A stretch of 64,000 nucleotides of DNA. It comes from Candidatus Omnitrophota bacterium (GTDB lineage: Bacteria > Omnitrophota > Gorgyraeia > Zapsychrales > Fredricksoniimonadaceae). Within the stretch, counting starts at the first letter, position 1; each line of letters begins with the position of its first letter. Positions 38,186 to 47,825 of this stretch are shown here, one piece after another. The DNA lies in NCBI GenBank assembly GCA_903901225.1, contig CAIUQE010000001.1, positions 2,563 to 66,562 of the forward strand, written 5' to 3'. The notes below the pieces were generated by a model. That model had not been told where the DNA came from, ran no database searches, and worked only from the letters and a program-made list of their open reading frames with translations. A program made the translations under genes and the position numbers.

Positions 38186-39205
38186 TTACGCTTTGGAACG
38201 AGAGTGAAAAGAATTTGCGGCCTTTTCCTGCGCCATTTCCCAGGCCCAGGCTGAAGCAATGATCTCCTGAAGGTCGCGCGAAGGCTTCCATCCCAGAAGT
38301 TTACGCGCTTTGGCAAACGAAGCCACGACCTTAACGCAATCACCCGGACGGCGGGGGCCGTAAATGACCGACACCGGACGCCCAATGACTTTCTCCGTTG
38401 TCTTAATGACCTCTTTAACGGAAAATCCGCGGCCATTGCCAAGATTGATCATTTCATTTTTGACGCGCCCCGTGAACAGCTTGAGCAACGCTAACAGATG
38501 GGCATCGCACAGGTCCAGCACATGGATATAGTCGCGGACGCAACTGCCATCAGGCGTGTCATAATCAGTCCCGAAGACCGTAAGCGCCTGCTGGAGCAGT
38601 ATCGAGCGCATGACATTGGGGATAAGGTGCGTCGGTTTCTCCATCTTGATGCCGATATCGCCCGAAGGATGGGCACCGGCCACGTTGAAATACCGCAGGG
38701 CAATGAAATCCACCTTACCGGCGCGCGCCATATCGCCAAGGATCTGTTCGGCGATGACCTTGGTGGCACCATAAGGATTTGCCACTTTCAAAGGCTCATC
38801 CTCAAGGATGGGGTTCTTCAACGGTTCGCCATAAACACACGCCGAAGAAGAAAAAACGATGCGGCGCACACCCGCCTCCTCCATGGCCCTGAGCAGATTG
38901 AGCGTGCCTGTCACATTATTGTCATAATACTTCAAAGGATCGCTCACGGATTCCGGGACAACGATCACGGCCGCGTAATGAATGACAGCGTCGATGCTGA
39001 ATTTCCGGAAAACCTTTCGGATATCATCGAGCCGGCGCAGGTCACCCTTGACCAGCGGCACGCCCGCCGGGATGAATTCCCTGTGCCCGGTCGAAAGATT
39101 ATCGAATATAACAGGCGCGTAACCCCCGTCAAGAAGAAGGCGCGCCATATGGGAACCGATATAACCCGCCCCGCCCGTCACCAGGATCATCTTTTTTTTC
39201 ATCAA
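38186..39205 (-). CDS. galE: UDP-glucose 4-epimerase
   Basis: TGGAGYIGSH, DNLSTGH, VPESV.DPLKYY.NN, NPYGATK, LRYFNVAGA, FGTDYDTPDGSCVRDYIHV.DL, RRPGD. Confidence 0.95.
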   Translation of the reverse strand: MMKKKMILVTGGAGYIGSHMARLLLDGGYAPVIFDNLSTGHREFIPAGVPLVKGDLRRLDDIRKVFRKFSIDAVIHYAAVIVVPESVSDPLKYYDNNVTGTLNLLRAMEEAGVRRIVFSSSACVYGEPLKNPILEDEPLKVANPYGATKVIAEQILGDMARAGKVDFIALRYFNVAGAHPSGDIGIKMEKPTHLIPNVMRSILLQQALTVFGTDYDTPDGSCVRDYIHVLDLCDAHLLALLKLFTGRVKNEMINLGNGRGFSVKEVIKTTEKVIGRPVSVIYGPRRPGDCVKVVASFAKARKLLGWKPSRDLQEIIASAWAWEMAQEKAANSFHSRSKA

Positions 39206-39234
39206 GCACCTTTCCTAAACGATATCCCCGGGGA

Positions 39235-40374
39235 TCAAGTCAACGTTGCCGCCCAGCGGAAAACTTTCACGAGCCTCGGCAGGATAAGGGCAAGTATGCC
39301 ACCCCACATCAGCACGCGCAACCACAGCACCCTTGGCCTGCGGACAAGTTCCTCACAAAGCACAGCTATCGCCGCGCAACTGACACCCGCCAGGGCCATC
39401 ATGTAACGGTTCGACACTTCAAAAGCCGGGCTTGGGGTTGGAAATTTTTGATTCACCCAGAGATACCCGAGGAAAACGCCGTACCCGAGGATCGTGAGCC
39501 ATGCCCAGCCCAGGAAAAGCCAGACATTGGCACAAACTTTCTCACCACTGCGACGCGCCCAGACCCAAAGGAAAAAAGGGACGATCAGCAGGAACTGCAA
39601 CCGCCCTTCGGGTACCGCCGCCTTGACCAGATCCAGCGGCTGGCCATAGGAAGCAAAATAAAAATGATACGTCACCCTGTAAAGCTGATGATACCCGAAA
39701 CCAACGGCCAAAGGCAGGATGACCATGGCCAGCAACGGCCAAATCCGCCGATGGCCAGCAACCCATAAGACCGCCCCAGCCGACGTTATCTGAATAACGC
39801 TCAAAGAGCTCGTGACCGCAAGGAACATATGCGCCATAGCGACAAAAACCCAGCCGCGCGCAAGATCCCCGGAACGCAATGCCCTTAATAAAACCACTGC
39901 CTGCAGCACACTGCCAAAGAACACCATCGCGTAAGGCCTGGCTTCGGCAATATACCCCCAGACCAGATAAGTGCCCAGCGCCGTCAGGAACGCCACCACA
40001 CCTGTGGTGATCGAATATGACCTCGCGAAAGCCCAAAAGCTGAGCGCCAACCCAAGCGACATGAACATGACAGGAAGGATACGCAGGATGATCCTCGCCT
40101 CGAAGGGCTGTTGGTGCCACAGGTCACCGGCCGTATAATGAAGAACGGAACAAACACTCTTTTGCAACGCGTAAAACAGAGGTGAATTATTGCCTTCCTG
40201 CACACCGCCGCGCCAGATGGCGGACATGCTCAACCCGTCGACATTGGCCACCTGGGAATATATCTCGTCATTCCACAAAGGCTTCCTCACGGCCACCGAG
40301 AATCCCGACGCAAGCCCGAACAGGAAAATGGCAGCGGCCACACCATGAATGACGAAAGCGTGATATTTCTTCAT
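39235..40374 (-). CDS. Multi-pass membrane protein, GT-C (GT39/PMT-like) glycosyltransferase candidate
   Basis: LW.DE.YS first-loop motif, PLFY, EARPYA, RY, many TM helices. Confidence 0.6.
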   Translation of the reverse strand: MKKYHAFVIHGVAAAIFLFGLASGFSVAVRKPLWNDEIYSQVANVDGLSMSAIWRGGVQEGNNSPLFYALQKSVCSVLHYTAGDLWHQQPFEARIILRILPVMFMSLGLALSFWAFARSYSITTGVVAFLTALGTYLVWGYIAEARPYAMVFFGSVLQAVVLLRALRSGDLARGWVFVAMAHMFLAVTSSLSVIQITSAGAVLWVAGHRRIWPLLAMVILPLAVGFGYHQLYRVTYHFYFASYGQPLDLVKAAVPEGRLQFLLIVPFFLWVWARRSGEKVCANVWLFLGWAWLTILGYGVFLGYLWVNQKFPTPSPAFEVSNRYMMALAGVSCAAIAVLCEELVRRPRVLWLRVLMWGGILALILPRLVKVFRWAATLT

Positions 40375-41777
40375 ATGAATTTTATTTTTTTCATCGCGAA
40401 AAGGCACATGCGCGCCAGCAGAAGGCCATGACGGAAACGCTGGATCTGCGTTTCACCATAACTGCGGCTTCTGTAGCGCACGGGAAGTTCGACGACCTTT
40501 AAATTAAGTTTCACCGCTCCAAAAATGAGATCAAAATCGCCAAAAGGGTCAAAGTCGCCGAAATAATGCCGGTTGGCCACGAGCTCCAGGTAGTGGCGCC
40601 GAAGCATGACTTTGGTGCCGCAAAGCGTGTCCTTGAACCGCTGGCCCAGGAGCCAGGAAAAGAACAGGCCGAACAACTTGTTCGCGATAAGATTCAAAAA
40701 TCTCATTGCCTCCTTCTCCAGCGGATAGACCAGGCGACAGCCATTGATGAACTCTCCCGTCCCGTCGCGTAGAGCCTCATAAAATTTGGGAAGGTCTTCG
40801 GGCATCACGGTCAGGTCAGCGTCAAGGATCATCAGGACATCACCCTTGGCCTGGCTGAAACCAAAGCGCACGGCATCACCTTTGCCCTTGCCGGGCTGTT
40901 TGTACAAACGGATATTTTTCTGCGGATACTTCCTGATAACCCGCTCAACCTCCTCATAAGTGCCGTCCTTCGAATGCCCCTCGACAAAAATAAATTCCTG
41001 CTCCGCGCCAAACGCGGGCGTGCGGACGACGGCCGCTTCGATATTCCCTTTCTCGTTGCGGCAGGGGACCAGCACCGTGACGGAAAGATCCTTCTCCGGC
41101 GGGAAAATCGGGCGCGCGATGATAAAATGGTTGAGTGTCAGGGCGTTAAAGAAAGGCAGCTTCGCCAGATAACGGTTGATGAGGTCACTCACCAACCACA
41201 AATTGACCGGGCAAAGCATGGCGCGTTCCTTGCTGACCAGCTCATACCCCGCCAACCGCAGGAAGTTCACGATGTCGTCCGCGGTCAGCCAGTTCTGCTC
41301 GGGCTGGGGCATTTTTAGCCCCAGCTTCTCAGCCACGCGCAGGACCACCTGCCAAAGGTAACTGTAATACTCGATGACAAGGCGCGTGTCCCGCGTGCAA
41401 AACCCGCGTAAAGACCGGAGCAGGGCCTGGATATCCACGGCCTCACCCAGGACGCCCGGCAAAATCACGTAATCGAACGTCCCCGCGTCCGTCGCAGCAT
41501 TGATCGAGCCGGCTTCAAAACGCAAATGCGGATACTTTTTACGGGCGATCGCGACCATGGCCGGACTCAGGTCCACCCCAACGCCAGCAGAAGGCCTCAG
41601 GGCGTTCAACAGATCTCCCGTCCCCGTCCCCACTTCAAGCACCTTCTTCCCCTCGGGAACAAAATAACGGTACAGCCGCGTCAGCGTGCGGTAGTAATAC
41701 CCGCTCGCCCGGCGGAAACGGTCCCGTCGAGGCGCGAGCGCGTCATAATATCTGGTCAGGTCTTCCCGCATATCCAT
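40371..41777 (-). CDS. Fused class I methyltransferase-like domain and GT2 (polyprenol-phosphate glycosyltransferase-like)
   Basis: VLEVGTGTG...GVDLS, then VPCRNE.GNI, GKGDAVR.GF, ILDADL, DTLCGTK, DPFGDFDL. Confidence 0.88.
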   Translation of the reverse strand: MDMREDLTRYYDALAPRRDRFRRASGYYYRTLTRLYRYFVPEGKKVLEVGTGTGDLLNALRPSAGVGVDLSPAMVAIARKKYPHLRFEAGSINAATDAGTFDYVILPGVLGEAVDIQALLRSLRGFCTRDTRLVIEYYSYLWQVVLRVAEKLGLKMPQPEQNWLTADDIVNFLRLAGYELVSKERAMLCPVNLWLVSDLINRYLAKLPFFNALTLNHFIIARPIFPPEKDLSVTVLVPCRNEKGNIEAAVVRTPAFGAEQEFIFVEGHSKDGTYEEVERVIRKYPQKNIRLYKQPGKGKGDAVRFGFSQAKGDVLMILDADLTVMPEDLPKFYEALRDGTGEFINGCRLVYPLEKEAMRFLNLIANKLFGLFFSWLLGQRFKDTLCGTKVMLRRHYLELVANRHYFGDFDPFGDFDLIFGAVKLNLKVVELPVRYRSRSYGETQIQRFRHGLLLARMCLFAMKKIKFI

Positions 41778-42848
41778 TCACCGTCCGAATAATACCGCGC
41801 CGAGCGCGGGATACCGCCTCGTCAGAGACCTGACAAGGAACCAGCACAAACAAACAAAAACAAGCGCCAGCGCCGGCGCCAAAAAAAATGAAAGGAGCAA
41901 GGGGTCTGAAATAAAATGGCCGTGGATCCACCCCGCCGCCTTCGCGTAAAAACCTTCAACAATATACCGCTGAAGCAGATAAATGCCCAATGAATAAACA
42001 CCGATCTCAATCAGAAACCCCCGCAGCCCGGTCCGCGCCAGATACGCGCCAATGTGGAACATCAGCGCGATCCCCAACCCCGCAACGCAATAACGGTACA
42101 CTAGCCTCAAAACCTGAGTGCCGGCCTGCTCAAGGGTGAATGCCATCCTGTTGATGTAAATATAGTCGTTCCTCCCCCAGAACGACACCAGCCCCGTGAA
42201 GGCGAACAGCGCGCCAATAAAGACTGCCGGAGGCATCCGCCATTCCCGCGCCGCCGGGCCATACCTGTTGAAAAGATAGCCCGCCAGATAAAACAAATAG
42301 AACCACTGGACATAATAAAGCGCGAAATTCTGATTTGGCGCAATACCCATCAGAAGCAAATAAACCAGGCCAAAAGCCCAAAAACCAAGGCGCTCCTGCA
42401 GTTTGATGGAACAGAGCAAGACGGCGCTGACAACGAACAAAGAGAAGAGGAACCATATGACCGGATGCCACAGCAATTCATCGGCGAAGGCCAGGGGCCA
42501 GTGCAGGATGCTCACGGCTTTCCCGCTGATCACGTCGAGCGCGGACATCGTCATGACGCCCAGGATCCCCCAGATGGCATAAGGGACCAGCAGGCTCCGG
42601 CACCTGGCCAGGAAAACGTCGAGGATACTTTTGCGGCCCAGGCTGAAAACAAGGGAATAACCGCTGATGAAAAAAAACAGCGGCATATGGAACGCGTAAA
42701 CGGCCTTGAATGCCGCGCTGGCAAAGAAATCGCCGCCCGTCGCGAGGATGCTGCGCTGGATGACATGGCCGTAAATGACAAGGATGATCGCCAGGCCCCT
42801 GACAGTGGCCAGGGTAAGGTCTTTGGCAGGCATGCTGTTCACCAACAA
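41778..42848 (-). CDS. Acyltransferase-3 family membrane O-acyltransferase
   Basis: RGLAIILVIYGH, FHMPLFFFISG, LLVPY, WFL..LF, G.YSLGIYL. Confidence 0.88.
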   Translation of the reverse strand: MLVNSMPAKDLTLATVRGLAIILVIYGHVIQRSILATGGDFFASAAFKAVYAFHMPLFFFISGYSLVFSLGRKSILDVFLARCRSLLVPYAIWGILGVMTMSALDVISGKAVSILHWPLAFADELLWHPVIWFLFSLFVVSAVLLCSIKLQERLGFWAFGLVYLLLMGIAPNQNFALYYVQWFYLFYLAGYLFNRYGPAAREWRMPPAVFIGALFAFTGLVSFWGRNDYIYINRMAFTLEQAGTQVLRLVYRYCVAGLGIALMFHIGAYLARTGLRGFLIEIGVYSLGIYLLQRYIVEGFYAKAAGWIHGHFISDPLLLSFFLAPALALVFVCLCWFLVRSLTRRYPALGAVLFGR

Positions 42849-42850
42849 GG

Positions 42851-43717
42851 TTATAACGACCGCAGGATTTTTGTCACCGGCTCGGCCTTGTTAAGCGTAT
42901 AGAGATGCAGGCCCGGCGCCCCCCCGGCAAGAAGTTCCCGGCACTGCTCCACCGCAAAGGCGATGCCGGCCTCAAGGGTCTTTTCCCTGTCCTGGGCGAT
43001 GGGCGCAAAGATATCATGGACTTTTTGCGGGATCGACGCGCCGCAGCCCTTGCAGAAATTGATCGCGGCCTCGTAGCTGGTAATGGGCAATATCCCCGGG
43101 ATAACGCGCGCGTTGACGCCAATGGCCCTTAGGCGCCTGACATAATCAAAATAAAGCGCGTTGTCAAAAAAAAGCTGTGTCATCACGAACTCCCCGCCCG
43201 CGTCCATCTTGGCCTTGAGGACAGCAACATCAGCCTCCGGGCCGGCGGCGAGCGGATGCCCTTCGGGGAACCCCGCGACGCCGATAGAAAAGAAATCACC
43301 GTAATGCTCCCGGATGAACTTTACCAATTCCGAACTGTAACGGAAATTATCCGGGCCAGGGACCCAATCAGGCGTATCTTTAGGGGCGTCGCCGCGCAAC
43401 GCGAGGATATTGCGGATATCGTGCGCCTTGAGCCGGTCAAGGACATCCCTGATCTCGGCGCGCGTGTGCGCCACGCAGGTAAAATGGTGCATCGCGATGA
43501 GCCGGTACTTTTCCTGGACAAGACGGACAAGGTCAAAGGTCCTGTCGCGGCTCGACCCGCCCGCGCCATAGGTCACGGAAACAAAATCAGGCTTGAGCCT
43601 GGCCAGTTCACCAAGCGTTACCTGCAAAGCTTCCATCCCCTTGTCGGTCTTCGGCGGGAATATCTCGATCGAAAAGGTGCGCGGTTCCGTCGTGAAAATA
43701 TCGGTCAGTTTTTCCAT
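42851..43717 (-). CDS. metF: 5,10-methylenetetrahydrofolate reductase
   Basis: SIEIFPPKT, FVSVTYGAGGS, NILALRGD, AGFPEGH, TQLFFD, PGILPI, GLHLYTLN. Confidence 0.96.
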   Translation of the reverse strand: MEKLTDIFTTEPRTFSIEIFPPKTDKGMEALQVTLGELARLKPDFVSVTYGAGGSSRDRTFDLVRLVQEKYRLIAMHHFTCVAHTRAEIRDVLDRLKAHDIRNILALRGDAPKDTPDWVPGPDNFRYSSELVKFIREHYGDFFSIGVAGFPEGHPLAAGPEADVAVLKAKMDAGGEFVMTQLFFDNALYFDYVRRLRAIGVNARVIPGILPITSYEAAINFCKGCGASIPQKVHDIFAPIAQDREKTLEAGIAFAVEQCRELLAGGAPGLHLYTLNKAEPVTKILRSL

Positions 43718-43746
43718 ATCAGTTCATTGCCCCGCGATTAAAAGTT

Positions 43747-43795
43747 CAGGGGACACGTGCCAAATTCAAACGACGAATCTGGTACATGTCCCCTG
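43747..43795. repeat. 21-bp imperfect inverted repeat (hairpin) between gap and metF
   Basis: CAGGGGACACGTGCCAAATTC-N7-GAATCTGGTACATGTCCCCTG; 18/21 complementary. Confidence 0.7.
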
Positions 43796-43842
43796 TGTAA
43801 TATCGTTCTCTATTTACAAATTCACGCCTTTCAAAAAAGCCG

Positions 43843-44976
<1,134 letters not shown>

Positions 44977-45018
44977 CTTATTTCTGACGCGCACGTCACC
45001 CAAGACGCGACGCGCTTA

Positions 45019-46428
45019 TTACTTCTTCAATGCCCACAAATATCGGATCTGCGTAATTACCTGCGGGATCGATGGCGCTGAAAAAAACCTGTACTTATCA
45101 TCCTGGGCCCCCCAGATATGATCCCAATGAGCCGCGCCCCGAGGACGGCCGGCCGGCAACGTGTGGCCAAACGGGCTGCTCAAGGTCCGTGGATCATGCG
45201 CCACCACCGCCCTGCGGTATTGAAGCCATCCTGCCACATCTATATTCGTGTAAACATAGGTAAAATAAGTGTTATACGCGAACCATACGCTCACAACAGC
45301 CAGCAAACAGCCGCGAACAAGTTTCAATGATCTCCCGCGTTCTCCCAGCCTCAGCAGGGCCGCCCATCCTCCTGATGGTTCAAAAGCGTAAAAAGCGACG
45401 CTGACGGCCACAACGCACAAACACCGCACCCTCCAGTGTGCCGGGCCCTGAAGAAAAGCGTTAATATAAAGGAAGAGGATCGATCCCAGGGCTATCGCGG
45501 CAAACAACCGGAAATCCCGGCTCAGCACGTTCCTGAAACGTTTGTCAAGTTTAATGAACAACACCATCAGAAAAACAGGCAGCGCGTCCTTGAACATTAG
45601 CAGTGTTGTTCTCGTCCCTGTCAACAACGCATTTACAAAATGATGCCAGTTAAGCAACGACACGAAGAAACCAGGTGTGTGCGCGCGTTCATCAAGAAAC
45701 TTGCTCGAACCGCCTTTGGTATAGAACGCGACCGCCAGTACCGCCCCCAGGATGACGCTCAAATGGATGCTTAACAACTTTTCAACAAGTGATTTATGGC
45801 GTTGACGTGCCAGCATTCCCGCGTCCCAAAGAAGATAAACAACGATGCCGCCAAAAGCGACAGTCCACACTTCATGCCACGACGCAGCGATAAAAGTGAT
45901 GCAGAAAAGCGTGATGCCTTTCCCAAAGAAATGCGTGTTTGTCTGGCACGATCTTCTGTAAAGAAAATACCACAGGATCATCCAGACAACCGACACCGTA
46001 TAATGACTTGCCGCGATATTCCACGGGCCTATATGCCCCAGATAAGGAAACCCAAACACACCGAGCAAAACAAGGATCACGCGGATCAGGAGCGTCTCAT
46101 TGATCAAGGCGCCCCACAACAAACTTGTCGCGACAATCGCCGTAAGAAGACTATATGGCTTGAAAAACGAGAACGGGCTCGTGACGAGATAATAATATCC
46201 GCTGAAATACCAGCGTATCTGCTGCCCGGTCTCCGGCCAGGGATGCAGCAAGGAAGGGATCGATACACTCCAGTCGTCGAATGACAAAGGCTGGATCGCC
46301 AGGATGCCATAAAATATCGCTATGACCAAAACAAATGTAAGACCCTCCAGGATGATCGGAAAAGACCAGTCGTCCGCGCGCACCTGGTCATTCCCGGACG
46401 TGTTATTTTTTCGTTCCATCAAAGACAT
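45019..46428 (-). CDS. Hypothetical multi-pass membrane protein (possible GT-C-like)
   Basis: About 470 aa, about 11 hydrophobic segments, DD in the first loop (SFDDW), HE motif. Confidence 0.55.
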   Translation of the reverse strand: MSLMERKNNTSGNDQVRADDWSFPIILEGLTFVLVIAIFYGILAIQPLSFDDWSVSIPSLLHPWPETGQQIRWYFSGYYYLVTSPFSFFKPYSLLTAIVATSLLWGALINETLLIRVILVLLGVFGFPYLGHIGPWNIAASHYTVSVVWMILWYFLYRRSCQTNTHFFGKGITLFCITFIAASWHEVWTVAFGGIVVYLLWDAGMLARQRHKSLVEKLLSIHLSVILGAVLAVAFYTKGGSSKFLDERAHTPGFFVSLLNWHHFVNALLTGTRTTLLMFKDALPVFLMVLFIKLDKRFRNVLSRDFRLFAAIALGSILFLYINAFLQGPAHWRVRCLCVVAVSVAFYAFEPSGGWAALLRLGERGRSLKLVRGCLLAVVSVWFAYNTYFTYVYTNIDVAGWLQYRRAVVAHDPRTLSSPFGHTLPAGRPRGAAHWDHIWGAQDDKYRFFSAPSIPQVITQIRYLWALKK

Positions 46429-46473
46429 AAACCGGCCTTCCTTTGATATTATCACTTTGCCAAAAAAAACATA

Positions 46474-47748
46474 TTATAAGAAAAATGGGACAAAGAAAAG
46501 AAAACTTGCGAACGTTACGAATTCCCGCGCAACCGGTGGCGACGCGGAAGCGGACAGGCCGTTAGCCGGCACGAATTCCAGGCAGGGAAGGGTGATCAAA
46601 AAAGACGTCCCGGCGCCGGGTTCACTCCTGACGCTGATCGCGCCCCGGTGGGCCGCGAGGATGCCCTGGACGATGGAAAGGCCAAGCCCGGTGCCTTCAC
46701 CGACGGGCTTGGTGGTGAAGAACGGGTCGAATATCCTGGGCAGGACATCCTCGGGGATCCCTGCCCCGTTATCGCCCACTTCGATGCACACATGATCCTC
46801 CTGCCCGCGGGTCCGGATGATGAGCCGCCCCCCATGCCCCATGGCCTGCGCCGCGTTCGTGAAAAGGTTGACAAAGACCTGCGCCATCTGCGGCGCGTTA
46901 AAAGACAAGGGCGGGATATCGCCGTACTCCTTCACCACCTCGACTTTGAGCCTGAGCTCACCGTGGACGGTGTCGAGCGCGGACTGGATGCAGTCATGGA
47001 TGTTGCCAGGGCGCAAGTCGGAACGAGCGGGATGCGTGAACGACCCCAGGTCCTTCACAAGGCTCGCGATCTTCCCGGCCCTGTGGACAGCCTCATCGAG
47101 GATATCCTGCGATCCCTGGAACATTTCCATCGCCTCGAACCGCGCCGCCGCGGGGACCTCCTTCTTCAGGAAAGCCCCGATCTTCCTCTGCGCGTCACTG
47201 AGCGCCGCGAGGTTGCCGACAACATCCGCCAGCGGCGCTTGTATCTCATGCGCGATCCCGGCGGACAACTGCCCCATGGCGGACATCCTTTCCGCCTGGA
47301 TCAGCTGGGCCTGGGCGATCTTGAGCACGGCGGTGCGTTCGCTGACAAGGTCCTCCAGGCGGTTGTTATGCGCCCGCAGCGCCTGTTGCTGCCGATCCGT
47401 CTTCATCAATAGCCTTTTGAAACTGGCAAGGAGGGCAATGAACCCGAAGCAGAAAACAAGCCGCGTGAAAAGGTCCCAGTACGGAACGAACAAGCCGATC
47501 GACGATGGCGATGAACGCACGTCATCCATCACCCACATCAGGAAACTTGCCCCGGCAACAAGGATGCCGCCCCAGATCCCCGCGGACCAGGCGGCCAGCG
47601 CGACCGGAGCGAGATAGAACACAAAGAAAGAAAAATGAGGGTCCGTCGCCTGGTCCAGGGCCGCAAGGGCCGCGACAAGGACCAGCGCGCAGAATGTGAC
47701 GAGGAATTCTTTCTTCAACGGGACACCCGTTGCGCCGGATACGGCCAT
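46474..47748 (-). CDS. Membrane sensor histidine kinase (NtrB-like)
   Basis: N-terminal TM helices, QLIQAERM..MGQLSAGIAHEI, QVFVNL..NA, DNGAGI, IFDPFFTTKPVGEGTGLGLS. Confidence 0.92.
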   Translation of the reverse strand: MAVSGATGVPLKKEFLVTFCALVLVAALAALDQATDPHFSFFVFYLAPVALAAWSAGIWGGILVAGASFLMWVMDDVRSSPSSIGLFVPYWDLFTRLVFCFGFIALLASFKRLLMKTDRQQQALRAHNNRLEDLVSERTAVLKIAQAQLIQAERMSAMGQLSAGIAHEIQAPLADVVGNLAALSDAQRKIGAFLKKEVPAAARFEAMEMFQGSQDILDEAVHRAGKIASLVKDLGSFTHPARSDLRPGNIHDCIQSALDTVHGELRLKVEVVKEYGDIPPLSFNAPQMAQVFVNLFTNAAQAMGHGGRLIIRTRGQEDHVCIEVGDNGAGIPEDVLPRIFDPFFTTKPVGEGTGLGLSIVQGILAAHRGAISVRSEPGAGTSFLITLPCLEFVPANGLSASASPPVAREFVTFASFLFFVPFFL

Positions 47749-47825
47749 ACGCCCTCCATGGACAGGATCATTTTAACACCCTGCCGGCGGCGCGTTCCAA
47801 TAAAGATGAAAAAAAGAAAGAGGCC

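Noticed and set aside
43718-43842. SAM or other riboswitch upstream of metF
   Set aside because: I could not see SAM-I, SAM-II or SAH consensus elements, only a simple hairpin. An Rfam scan would be needed to exclude it fully.
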